From contig CAVROS010000037.1 in NCBI GenBank assembly GCA_963722885.1, positions 79,138 to 143,137 of the forward strand: a stretch of DNA of 64,000 nt, written 5' to 3'. Within the stretch, counting starts at the first letter, position 1. Every line of letters begins with the position of its first letter. A program made the position numbers and the translations under genes. This document shows, in pieces, positions 9,431 through 18,660 of the stretch. The DNA is from an uncultured delta proteobacterium. GTDB taxonomy: Bacteria; Myxococcota_A; UBA9160; UBA6930. The notes under the pieces are model-generated. The model ran no database searches. It worked only from the letters and a program-made list of their open reading frames with translations, and was not told the origin of the DNA.

Positions 9431-11506
9431 GTGAAGAGCCCCGCCTCCGAACCCCATCTGGTCCTGCTGCGGTTCTCGGGTGAGCTCTCGATCAAGGCCC
9501 GAGCCACCCGGCGCCTGTTCGTGACGCAACTTCTGCGCAACGTCAAGGACGCCCTCGCCTCCGAGGGCTACCAGGGAGAGATCGAGCGCCACCACGACCG
9601 GGTCTTCGTCGAGGTCTCGAGCCCCGGCGCGATCTCCGTCCTGGAGCGGGTCTTCGGTCTGCAATCCCTCTCCCCGGTGCTCCGGCGACCGGGGTCCTCG
9701 CTGGACGAGATCGTGTCGGTCGGAGGCGAAGTCTTCCGGGACGCCGTCCGCGGCAAGCGTTTCGCGGTTCGCTCTCGCTTCGTCGGCGACCGCGAAAGCC
9801 ATTCCTTCAGCTCCAAGAACGTGGAGGTCGAGTTGGGCGAAGCGCTTCGCCCTCTTGCCGCGAGAGTGGACCTCGACGATCCGGAGGTCACAGCCCACGT
9901 CGAGGTCTACCGGGGAAAGGCCTACTTCTTCGCCTCGCGACGCCCCGGCCGGGGCGGGCTGCCCGTCGGCAGCGGGGACCGCGCCGTCGCCCTCGTCTCC
10001 GGGGGATTCGACTCGGCCGTGGCGGCGTGGTACCTGCTGAAGCGGGGAGTGGTCCTCGACTACGTCTTCTGCAACCTGGGGGGCGCAAGCCACCGACTCG
10101 GCGTCCTTCGCGTGATGAAGGTGATCGCGGACCGCTGGTCCTACGGGTCACAGCCACGGCTCCACGCCGTCGATTTCGAAGAGGTGTCCCGGGAGCTCCA
10201 GCGCCACACGACGCCCCGCTACTGGCAGGTGCTCCTGAAGCGCTCGATGCTGCGCGCCGCCGAGGCGATCGCCCGAGAGTCCGGCGGCTGCGCCATCGTG
10301 ACCGGCGAAGCGGTGGGACAGGTCTCCTCTCAGACCCTCAAGAATCTCGCGACCATCAGCCAAGCGACGAGCACGCCGATCCTGCGCCCCCTGGTCGGCT
10401 TCAACAAGGACGAGATCATCGAGGTGGCGAACCGCATCGGCACCGGCGCCCTCTCGGCGGTGGTGGCGGAGTACTGCGCGATGGTGCCGCGCCGCCCGAG
10501 CACCAGCGCGAAGCTCGACGTCATCCTGAAGGAAGAGAGCCTGATCGCCCCATCGGTCCTCGAAGCGGCGATCGCGGACCGCGAGGTGCTGAACCTGCGC
10601 ACGCTCGATCCAGACGACAGCGGTCTCGGCGAGCTCGAGAAATCGGAGATCCCCAGCGGGGCCCATCTGATCGATCTGCGCAGCAAGGAGGAATTCCAGT
10701 CCTGGCACCACCCCGACTCCGTTCGGCTCGACTTCCGTCACGCCCTGGAGGCCTATCCCTCCTTCGCCAGGGATCGCACCTACCTGCTCTACTGCGAGTC
10801 TGGACTGAAGAGTGGCCTCCTCGCAGAGCTCATGGTCCGCGACGGTCTGCGCGCTTATCACTTCCGCGGCGGAACCCGCGCCCTCCGTCGCTACTGCGAA
10901 GAGCGCTCTAGCCGGCATTTCTCCGGGCTAGAGCTTCTCTCCTCGAAGGGCGGGAAGTCCGTCCAGACTCACGCGGTTGTTCCCGAGCTGGTATTCGCGC
11001 AGCCCCGCCTCGCCCTTGCGCTCCGCCCAGGCCGTGAGCTGAGGCCGTTCCCCTTCGAAGCGATAGAGAGGAACGCCAAAGCCGCAGGAATCGGCGATGC
11101 GGGTGACCGAAACGCGGATGATGGAACGCGTGCCCGGGTACCTCGGGAAGCGATCGAGAAGCGCGTCGAAGCCTTCGTCTCCCGGCTCGAAGACCTCACC
11201 CCTGCCGAAGAGGCGGAGCAACAGGGGCGGACCCTCGAAGGAACAGAACAGAATCGTGATGCGCCCGTTCTCGCGGAGGTGGGCGATGGTCTCGGCGCCG
11301 CTTCCGACCAGATCGAGATACGCAACGCTGTGGGGATCCAGGATCACGAAGGAATCGAGACCCTTGGGCGAGAGGTTCACCGATCCCTCTGCCGAGGCCG
11401 CAGCCGTCGCCACGAAGAAGACATGCTGCTTCCCGATCAGATCGGCGAGCCGTTCGTCGATGGCCTCGTACACCTTCCCCATGAGGACCCCCTGGAATCG
11501 AGTTGA
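9431..11506 (+). CDS. thiI: tRNA 4-thiouridine synthase ThiI with a C-terminal rhodanese domain. Recognisable homology ends near 10905, but the frame has no stop until 11506.
   Basis: THUMP/ferredoxin-like N-terminus (LLRFSGELSIKARATR), PP-loop ALVSGGFDSAVAAW, TGEAVGQVSSQTL, and rhodanese loop LLYCESGLKSG. GTG start at 9431 follows GGAG. The 3' 600 nt is antisense to a well-supported gene. Confidence 0.8.
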   Translation: MKSPASEPHLVLLRFSGELSIKARATRRLFVTQLLRNVKDALASEGYQGEIERHHDRVFVEVSSPGAISVLERVFGLQSLSPVLRRPGSSLDEIVSVGGEVFRDAVRGKRFAVRSRFVGDRESHSFSSKNVEVELGEALRPLAARVDLDDPEVTAHVEVYRGKAYFFASRRPGRGGLPVGSGDRAVALVSGGFDSAVAAWYLLKRGVVLDYVFCNLGGASHRLGVLRVMKVIADRWSYGSQPRLHAVDFEEVSRELQRHTTPRYWQVLLKRSMLRAAEAIARESGGCAIVTGEAVGQVSSQTLKNLATISQATSTPILRPLVGFNKDEIIEVANRIGTGALSAVVAEYCAMVPRRPSTSAKLDVILKEESLIAPSVLEAAIADREVLNLRTLDPDDSGLGELEKSEIPSGAHLIDLRSKEEFQSWHHPDSVRLDFRHALEAYPSFARDRTYLLYCESGLKSGLLAELMVRDGLRAYHFRGGTRALRRYCEERSSRHFSGLELLSSKGGKSVQTHAVVPELVFAQPRLALALRPGRELRPFPFEAIERNAKAAGIGDAGDRNADDGTRARVPREAIEKRVEAFVSRLEDLTPAEEAEQQGRTLEGTEQNRDAPVLAEVGDGLGAASDQIEIRNAVGIQDHEGIETLGREVHRSLCRGRSRRHEEDMLLPDQIGEPFVDGLVHLPHEDPLESS
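10928..11482 (-). CDS. Pyridoxamine 5'-phosphate oxidase family (FMN-binding split-barrel) protein
   Basis: Intact 184-aa ORF with normal composition (HVFFVATAAASAEGSVNLSPKG ... VAYLDLVGSGAETIAHLRENGRITILF). Confidence 0.8.
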   Translation of the reverse strand: MGKVYEAIDERLADLIGKQHVFFVATAAASAEGSVNLSPKGLDSFVILDPHSVAYLDLVGSGAETIAHLRENGRITILFCSFEGPPLLLRLFGRGEVFEPGDEGFDALLDRFPRYPGTRSIIRVSVTRIADSCGFGVPLYRFEGERPQLTAWAERKGEAGLREYQLGNNRVSLDGLPALRGEKL

Positions 11507-11554
11507 GAAGTCTGAGAATGCAGGACGACCGGCGCCGGTGGTACCCCCGGGGAC

Positions 11555-12376
11555 CTACCTCGCGGGGAGAGTGAGCAGGAATTCGATCACGGCCCGGTTG
11601 AAGGCCTCTGCTTGCTCGATGTTGACCACGTGCCCCGCGTCCGGGATCGACACGTGGGTCGCATTCGGGAGCTTGGCGACCATCACCTCTCCCGCTCGGG
11701 CGTAGGCGGTGTCCAGCTCCCCGACCAGGACCAGCGCCGGCGCTTCGATGCTGGCCAGATCGTCGATCACCCCCGGCGCCGGGCCGACGACCCGTCGGCC
11801 AAAGCGGGCCACCCCGTGGGGATTCTGGGCCTGAATGGCGCGGCCAGCCGCCTGAGCCGCCGGGAGATCCGGTCGGCGTCCGATGGCGGTCGCAGAGGCG
11901 CGACCGTCGACGTAGCCCTCGAAGCCGATCTTCTCGAGGCGGTCGGCAATGCGGCCCACCTGAGCCTCCCAGCCAGCCTGGGCCTCGCGGTTCTTGAAGC
12001 CCGGACCGCTGTCGAAGAGCAGCAGGGCCCGGACCCGCTCGGGATGGGCGATCGCGAAGTGGAGCGACGCGAGGCCGCCGAAGGAGAGCCCGCCCAGCAC
12101 CGCGGGCCGACCCGGCGCCGCCCAGTCGAGAACCCGCTCCATGTCGTCCAGCACCTGCTCCCAGAAATAGGCGTCCGGATTCTCGGGAGACTCGCTCTTG
12201 CCGTGGCCGCGGTAGTCCCAGAGCACGACGCGGGCCCCCGCTGCGGCGAAGGGTTCCACCTGGGGTCGGAAGTTCTCGTGGGTCTGGCAATAGCCCGGAG
12301 AGAGCATCAGGGGAAAGCCATCACCCTGCGCCTCGGCGTAGAGCTTCACGGAATCGCTGGCGGTCACCGTCGGCAT
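11555..12376 (-). CDS. Alpha/beta-fold hydrolase
   Basis: 273 aa with the HGKSE region and the nucleophile elbow GLSFGG. The C-terminal DAGHVVNIEQ motif is typical of the catalytic His region. Confidence 0.85.
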   Translation of the reverse strand: MPTVTASDSVKLYAEAQGDGFPLMLSPGYCQTHENFRPQVEPFAAAGARVVLWDYRGHGKSESPENPDAYFWEQVLDDMERVLDWAAPGRPAVLGGLSFGGLASLHFAIAHPERVRALLLFDSGPGFKNREAQAGWEAQVGRIADRLEKIGFEGYVDGRASATAIGRRPDLPAAQAAGRAIQAQNPHGVARFGRRVVGPAPGVIDDLASIEAPALVLVGELDTAYARAGEVMVAKLPNATHVSIPDAGHVVNIEQAEAFNRAVIEFLLTLPAR

Positions 12377-12385
12377 CGCCCGCCC

Positions 12386-12811
12386 CTATTTCCCGGCCTT
12401 CATGCGCCGCTTGAGCGCAGTCACCATCTGATCGATCTGCTCCTCCATGGGACCTTTGATCGTGAACTCGGGCACCAGGGTCTTGGTCTTCCCGTCCAGC
12501 TCGACGGAGATGCGAGTTCCCTTGCCCCGCTCCTCGAAGCTCAGCGTGCCGCGCAGCTGTCGCCAGATGTTTCCATCACAGACCTTCTCGAAGCGGACGT
12601 TCCCGTCCACCAGAAAGGTGAAATGGAAGGTCGCCTCCCCCTCCCGACCCAGGGCACGGTAGCGCGACACCGTGGTCCTCCGGTCGCCACTGCGGTCCAC
12701 CACCCTGGTGTCGGTGTCGGGGAAGAGACCGGTCAGGGTCTCATCCTGCTCGATGAGCGCGATCACCTTCTCCCGGGGCTGCTTCACCTGAAACCGTCTT
12801 TCGAGGCGCAT
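12386..12811 (-). CDS. SRPBCC (START/CoxG/polyketide-cyclase-like) family protein
   Basis: 141 aa. Length and pattern (MRLERRFQVKQPREKV ... GTRISVELDGKTK) fit the CoxG-like fold. The assignment is by resemblance only. Confidence 0.6.
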   Translation of the reverse strand: MRLERRFQVKQPREKVIALIEQDETLTGLFPDTDTRVVDRSGDRRTTVSRYRALGREGEATFHFTFLVDGNVRFEKVCDGNIWRQLRGTLSFEERGKGTRISVELDGKTKTLVPEFTIKGPMEEQIDQMVTALKRRMKAGK

Positions 12812-12823
12812 GGCGGCTTCTCC

Positions 12824-14542
12824 TCAGTGGATCTCGGCGAGCCCGGGCGGAATCAAGAGCGGAGTTCCGGCGGGAAGCACCTGGAGGGTAGCGACGAGCT
12901 GGCGGACCGCGGACGGAAGTGAGAGCGAGGACACGCTGGCGCGAACCGAGGCGCCCAGCGCATCCCGGATCTGCTGGGCGAGGGGCCTGGGCGTGGGGTA
13001 GGAGACCAGTGCCACGTCGGCATCCGCATCGATGCCGACCGCGCTCTTGGCCTCGAGGACAGCCGTTCGCAAGCCGCCCAGAACATCCACCAGACCGAGC
13101 TCGCTGGCCTGTGCCCCGGTCCAGACGCGACCCTGACCGATGGCGTCGACAGCTTCCGGAGTCAGCTCGCGGCCCGCGGCGACGCGGCCCACGAAGCTCT
13201 CGTAGACGCTGCGCACGTCCGCCCGAAGCCGCCTGCGGGTCGGCGGCGAGAGTGGCCGCGAGGCCAGCAGCAGGTCCGCGTGCTCACCGCGGGTCATCTC
13301 CTCCACGCCGACGCCGAGTTTCTCGAAGAGCCCGCCGAGGATGGGGCGAAGCACGAAGACGCCAATCGAGCCGGTGTAGGTCGCCGGCTGGCTGACGATC
13401 CGATCCGCTCCGCAAGCCACGTAGTAGCCACCGGAGGCGGCCACGTCCGAGAAAGAGGCGATCACCGGCTTGCCCTGCTCCCGGGCCCGCTGGGTCGCCC
13501 GCCAGACCAGGTCCGAGGCCATCGCCGAGCCCCCGGGACTGTCGATCCGGAAGATGATCGCATCGATCTCCGGAGCCGCGGTGGCAGCCGCGAATGCCTT
13601 GGAGAGGGTGGTGGAGGCGAGCACCTGCCGTCCTCCCGGACCGCCGGATCCGGCTCCAGCCACCACCGGACCGGTCCCGTAGATCAGGGCGAAGCTGGCG
13701 ACCGGGTCGAAGCCGACGCTGGACGGATCGACCTGTGCGTACTCCGCGCCCTCCATCACCGGTCGCTCCTCCTCCCCATCCCGGAGCTGTTCCAGGATCT
13801 CGTCGAAGAAGCCGATCCCGTCGCTGAGCCCGAGCTCCTGCATTTCGGCGGGGGTCGCGGGCGCCGCGTCGATGGCCGCGTGGATCTGGTCCGGGGTCAG
13901 GGAGCGCCCTTCGGCGATCGCCTCGACGAAGCGAGCGTAGACCGAGTCGAGAAGCGCCGTTGTCATCTCCCGGTTCGCCTCGGACATCTTGGATTCCGCG
14001 AAGCTCTCCACCGCGCTCTTGTACTTGCCGATTCTCTCGTACTCGACTTCGATGCCGAGCTTCTCGAAGAAGCCGCCCAGGAACAGATACTCGGCGGCCA
14101 GACCGACGAAGGGGTTGCGGGATCCGGGAGCCATGTAGATCTCATCGGCTCCGGTCGCGATGAAGTACTCGACGTTGGCACCGAATTTCTCGATCTCGAG
14201 ATAGGCGACCGTGCGCCGGCCCGGCGCCGAAATCCGGGCGATCGCCGCTCGGATCTCGTCGGCCTTCCCCCAGCCGATACTGACCGGGCGAATCCGCAGC
14301 ACGACTGCGGAGAGTCGCTCGTCGCGCTCCGCCTTGGCGAGCTCCGAGAGCAGACCGATCAAGGGTCGCTCGGGTGTGCCGAACAGCCGGGAGAGATAGG
14401 GAGTGCCGTGGGTCTCCACGTACGACCCCTCGAGATCCATCACCAGAACGGTCCCGTCCTCGACTCCGGGCCCGCGGCCGACCATCAGCCATGCCAGGAC
14501 CAGCAGGAGCAGGACGAGGCCGACGATCCACCGTTTTGCCAC
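12824..14542 (-). CDS. sppA: Signal peptide peptidase SppA, 67K (two S49 domains) type
   Basis: GTG start at 14540-14542 follows GGGAGGAGAAAG. There is an N-terminal TM segment (WIVGLVLLLLVLAWLMV) and two ClpP/S49-like halves (AVVLRIRPVSIGWGKADE and IIFRIDSPGGSAMASD ... ASFSDVAASGGYY). Confidence 0.85.
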   Translation of the reverse strand: MAKRWIVGLVLLLLVLAWLMVGRGPGVEDGTVLVMDLEGSYVETHGTPYLSRLFGTPERPLIGLLSELAKAERDERLSAVVLRIRPVSIGWGKADEIRAAIARISAPGRRTVAYLEIEKFGANVEYFIATGADEIYMAPGSRNPFVGLAAEYLFLGGFFEKLGIEVEYERIGKYKSAVESFAESKMSEANREMTTALLDSVYARFVEAIAEGRSLTPDQIHAAIDAAPATPAEMQELGLSDGIGFFDEILEQLRDGEEERPVMEGAEYAQVDPSSVGFDPVASFALIYGTGPVVAGAGSGGPGGRQVLASTTLSKAFAAATAAPEIDAIIFRIDSPGGSAMASDLVWRATQRAREQGKPVIASFSDVAASGGYYVACGADRIVSQPATYTGSIGVFVLRPILGGLFEKLGVGVEEMTRGEHADLLLASRPLSPPTRRRLRADVRSVYESFVGRVAAGRELTPEAVDAIGQGRVWTGAQASELGLVDVLGGLRTAVLEAKSAVGIDADADVALVSYPTPRPLAQQIRDALGASVRASVSSLSLPSAVRQLVATLQVLPAGTPLLIPPGLAEIH

Positions 14543-14605
14543 CTTTCTCCTCCCTCGGCTCTCGGAAACGAAACTTCCAGGGACCGTAGGGTATCCTAGG
14601 CGGCA

Positions 14606-16214
14606 ATGGCCAAGTCGGTCTACATCGCGGGGGTGGGGCTCACCAAGGTCGACCTCACCGGACAGGTCTTCGGCAGCATCTTCGACCTCTTCGCCGAGGC
14701 CTACCGCGGCGCCTTGGAGGACTCCCGGATTCGCTCCTTCGGCGCCGTACAGATCGGCATCATGGACAGCGAGGAGTTCGAGAACCGCGCCAACATCGCC
14801 GCCAAGGTGGCAGATCGGCTGGGACTGACCGGCGTACCGGCAATCCGCAGCGAGACGGCCTCCTCCACCGGCGCCGCCGCCTTCCACGAGGCCTACTACA
14901 AGATCGCCTCGGGGCAGTGCGAGAAGTGTGCTGGTCCTGGCCGGCGAGCGGATGAAGACGGTCACCACCCAGGCCGCCACCAACATCATGTCGAAGACCG
15001 TGGACCCGGTGGAGCGACGCTTCGGATTCACGATGCCGGGGCTGATCGCGCTGGTGACTCAGGCCTGGTTCCGCGAGCGGGGTATCAAGGGAAAGGCCGT
15101 GGATAACGTGCTGGCCCGGCTGATGCAGCGGGCCCACGCGCTGGGGGCGGCGAATCCCCTCGCGGCCTTCTTCGGCAGGCCCGAGCCCCTCTCGGCCTAT
15201 TTCGACAGCTCGCAGAACTCCCCGGTGGCGACCCCCCTGATGCGCAAGGACTGCTCCCCCATCTGCGACGGAGCCGCGGCGCTGATCCTGACTTCGAAGC
15301 CGCAGGCGATCCGGGTGGCCGGCATCGGCTCCGCCACCGAGACCTCCTCGATTCTCGACCGCAAGGCGCTCTCCCATCTCGACGCCACACGCCAGGCGGC
15401 AAAGGTCGCCTACTGGCGCGCCGGAATCGCCGATCCGCGCCAGATCGACGGTCTGGTCGTCGAGGCCCACGATGCCTTCAACAGCTTGCTGCCGATCGGT
15501 CTCGTCGACCTCCTGCTGGTCGATGACGACGAAGCCATCGAGGCGCTGATGAAGAGCCCCCGGAAGGCCCTCGGAGATCCCCTCGAACACCCGCTCACGG
15601 GACTCACGGGCCGGATTCCCACCAATCTCTCGGGCGGGCTCAAGGCGCGCGGCCATCCGGTGGGCGGAACCGGGCTCTTCCAGATCGCCGAGAACTACCT
15701 TCAGCTGACCGAGCGCTTCCCGAACCCCCGCGCCCAGGTTCGCCGGGCCAGCCTCGGCCTCTCCCACTCGATCGGAGGCCCCGGCAACAACGTCTACGTG
15801 ACGATCCTGGAGCGCTCGGACTCAGCCCGGAAACGGGACCACGTGGCGAAGCCGAGACTTCAGTTCCAGTCCTCGCCTCGCGAGACCGTGAAGGAGGGCG
15901 GCGCGGAGCTCCACGGCGCGCGGGCCGTGGTGGAGGCCGCCACCACGATCTTCGTGACGCCGGGGCGCTCCCGAGAGCCGGTCCACGTCGCAGTGCTGCG
16001 GATCGACGGACGGCGCATGTTCGCCAAGCTCGATCACTCCCCCGATGCGACGGAAGCCCCCGAGGAGGTCCTGGCCGGCCAGAAGGTGAAATTCCTGGTC
16101 AAGGACGACGGCGACCACTACTTCCAGGTCGACCGCGGCGTGAGCCGTGATTTCGGCCGCCTCGTCGATCGCCTCCGCACCCGCCTCTCCCGAGGCGGAG
16201 ACACGGTCACATGA
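14606..16214 (+). CDS. Thiolase-like (SCP-x/Ltp-type) protein fused to a C-terminal DUF35-type OB-fold domain, with one frameshift as assembled (~14926-14930)
   Basis: The N-terminus MAKSVYIAGVGLTKV ... IRSETASSTGAAAFHEAYYKIASGQ is in one frame. VLVLAGERM ... CSPICDGAAALIL ... GGLKARGHPVGGTG ... SHSIGGPGNNVYVTIL is in the next. The last ~110 aa (VVEAATTIFVTPGRSREPVHVAVLRIDGRRMFAKL ... GQKVKF) resembles DUF35 OB folds. Confidence 0.8.
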
Positions 16215-17313
16215 TCAGGACGCCGCGGGCGTTCACGCCGTTCAGCATGTCGTCGAAGGCGCGATTGATCTCGTCGATCGGATAGGTCGCGGTGACCAGC
16301 TCGTCGAGCTTGAGGAGATTCGACCGGTAGAGATTCAAGAGCCGCGGGAAGTCGATCTTCGGCCGCGCCGATCCGTACATGGAGCCGGTGAGCACCTTCT
16401 CCTGGAACGGCATCATGAAGGTGCCGAGGGTCACCGCGCCATCGGCCCGTGTCACGCCGACCACCACCGCCGTCCCGCCCTTGTGAATGGCGTTGTAGGT
16501 CTGGGCGATCACCTCGGGGATGCCGATACACTCGAAGGCGTAGTCCGCTCCCCCTCCGGTGATCTCGCCGATCTTGACGACCGGGTCGCCGTCGCTGCCC
16601 GGATTGACGGTGTGCGTCGCTCCGAACTGCTGGGCGAACTCGAGCTTCTTGTCCTCGAGATCCACGGCGATGATCTTCTCCGCTCCGGCCAGCGCCGCGC
16701 CCTGGATCACGTTCAGCCCGATGCCTCCGGCTCCGAACACGGCGACGCTGGAGCCGGCCTCCACCTTGGCGGTATTGAGGGCGGCGCCCACGCCGGTCAT
16801 CACCGCGCAGCCCACCAGCGCCGCCTTGTCCAGGGGAATCTCGGGATCGATCTTGAGCACGTTGTCCCGGTGCACGGTGGCGTACTCGGCCATCACCGAG
16901 ACACCCGCGTAGTGATTGAGCGTGTTGCCGTCCCGGTCCTTCAGGCGCGAGGTGCCATCGGGCAGTGTGAACACGGCCTTGGCGCTCATGTCGCAGAGCG
17001 CCGGGCGACCCTCGACGCAATAGCGGCACTGTCCGCACATCGGTATCCACACGATCGCGACGTGGTCGCCGATGGCGATGTCGTCGACCCCCTCGCCCAG
17101 CTCCTCGATCACGCCGGCGGCCTCGTGACCGATCACCAGCGGGGGAGGCATCGGGATGGTTCCGTTCACCGCCGAGTAGTCGCTGTGGCAGACGCCGCAG
17201 GCGGCGATCTTCACCATCACCTCGCCGCGGCGGGGAGACTCGACCTCGACCTCCTCGACGCACACCGGCTTGTTCCACTCGCGAACGATGACGGCCTTTC
17301 CTCGCTTGCCCAT
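16207..17313 (-). CDS. Zinc-dependent alcohol dehydrogenase family (class III / AdhC-like)
   Basis: Start taken at the internal MGKRGKAVIV. Motifs are GVCHSDY, GHEAAGVIEELG, the structural-Zn region CGQCRYCVEGRPALC, and NAD motif AVFGAGGIGL. It overlaps the convergent thiolase-like gene by 8 nt. Confidence 0.9.
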   Translation of the reverse strand: MGKRGKAVIVREWNKPVCVEEVEVESPRRGEVMVKIAACGVCHSDYSAVNGTIPMPPPLVIGHEAAGVIEELGEGVDDIAIGDHVAIVWIPMCGQCRYCVEGRPALCDMSAKAVFTLPDGTSRLKDRDGNTLNHYAGVSVMAEYATVHRDNVLKIDPEIPLDKAALVGCAVMTGVGAALNTAKVEAGSSVAVFGAGGIGLNVIQGAALAGAEKIIAVDLEDKKLEFAQQFGATHTVNPGSDGDPVVKIGEITGGGADYAFECIGIPEVIAQTYNAIHKGGTAVVVGVTRADGAVTLGTFMMPFQEKVLTGSMYGSARPKIDFPRLLNLYRSNLLKLDELVTATYPIDEINRAFDDMLNGVNARGVLIM

Positions 17314-17395
17314 GGTTCTACTTCTCCCGACGCGCCGCGCACGTCCTGCAAAGGGGGTTGAAGAATTCGAGTCTACGGAAGCGTTGACTCCAGTG

Positions 17396-18616
17396 TCAAA
17401 CCGGCGTTGGCGCGGGCGAACCCAGTTCGATGGTGGTGATCTCGCGGGGACAGTTGACGCGGAGGGCGGGGCCGGCCACGCCAACGCCGCGGTTCACGTA
17501 GAGGACCGATCCGTTCTCGCGGAAGAGCCCGCGGTGGTAGCGGGTGACCAGGCGCGCCAGGTTGAGTCGACCGCCGAAACTCGGGAGAGCCAGCTGGCCG
17601 CCGTGGGTGTGACCGGCGAGCACCAGCGGAAAGCCCAGACGCGCCGCCTGGGGAAAGGCCTCGGGGCGATGCACCAGGAGCACAGTGGGGCCGTCACCGG
17701 GCATCTTCTCCGCCAGCGCCTGCAGACCCGGAAGATCGGCACCCCGCGCCGTCCAGTCTCGTCCCGGATCATCGATTCCCGCCAGGTAGAGCGGCGCCGA
17801 TACGGGAAGTCGCACCACCTCCTTGCGAAGCAATCGGAGATCGGGTGCGTAGTCGCGCAACGCCACGGCCACCTCTTCGGCTCCGACGTAGGTGTCGTGA
17901 TTGCCGAGAACTGCGAACACGCCGTATCGCGTCCGAAGTCCCGCGAGTGCGCGGGCTCCTCGCTCGAGAAAAGAGGGGTCGAAGTCGAAGATGTCGCCGG
18001 TCATCACCACCAGGTCGGGATCGAGGGCGTTGATCCGCCCCACCAACCGCTCGAGGCGCCGACCCTGCATGTTGTTGCCGATGTGGAGATCGGAGGTCTG
18101 GACGATGCGAAGACCCCGAAGGCCCTCGGAGAGATTCTCCAGGGGAATCCGCAGGTGGGTGTGGGTGAGATGGGCTTGTCCGCCGGTGAAGCCCCAGAGC
18201 AGCATGCCGGCGATGGTTCCCACGATGGGAATGCTCACCAGGCGAAACACCTGGAAGACCCACTCGGCGGAGACTCCGAGCAGCGAGAGCAGACCGCCGA
18301 TCGGGAGAAAGCCCAGCCAGGTTGCCAGCACCGCCATGCCGAGGAGGATGGTGGCGACTCCGAGGCCCATGTACGCCCTGGCGATCAAGCCCGGGAAGCC
18401 CCCGCGCCGCCGCGCCCCTCGCAGCACCGGCACCAGATAGGCGTTCGCCGCGACCAGAAGCGCGGCAAGGGCCAGCCCGATGCCGAGACCCGGACCCTCG
18501 CGATCCGCCAGCACCACCGTGACCCAGTGGCCGACCACCACCTGCGTCACACCCAGAATCATCGCCAGAGTGAGGATCAGGCGACCGAAGAGAAGCCTGC
18601 GGATCCGGCTCTTCAT
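17396..18616 (-). CDS. Membrane-anchored metallophosphoesterase
   Basis: Start taken at MKSRIRRLLFG (ATG 18614-18616). Several N-terminal TM segments are followed by the motifs QTSDLHIG, TGDIFD, GNHD and AGHTHGG. Confidence 0.85.
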   Translation of the reverse strand: MKSRIRRLLFGRLILTLAMILGVTQVVVGHWVTVVLADREGPGLGIGLALAALLVAANAYLVPVLRGARRRGGFPGLIARAYMGLGVATILLGMAVLATWLGFLPIGGLLSLLGVSAEWVFQVFRLVSIPIVGTIAGMLLWGFTGGQAHLTHTHLRIPLENLSEGLRGLRIVQTSDLHIGNNMQGRRLERLVGRINALDPDLVVMTGDIFDFDPSFLERGARALAGLRTRYGVFAVLGNHDTYVGAEEVAVALRDYAPDLRLLRKEVVRLPVSAPLYLAGIDDPGRDWTARGADLPGLQALAEKMPGDGPTVLLVHRPEAFPQAARLGFPLVLAGHTHGGQLALPSFGGRLNLARLVTRYHRGLFRENGSVLYVNRGVGVAGPALRVNCPREITTIELGSPAPTPV

Positions 18617-18660
18617 GGATCGAGAATAGGCGATGCGAGAGTGCGCGGGAGAAATGCAGG

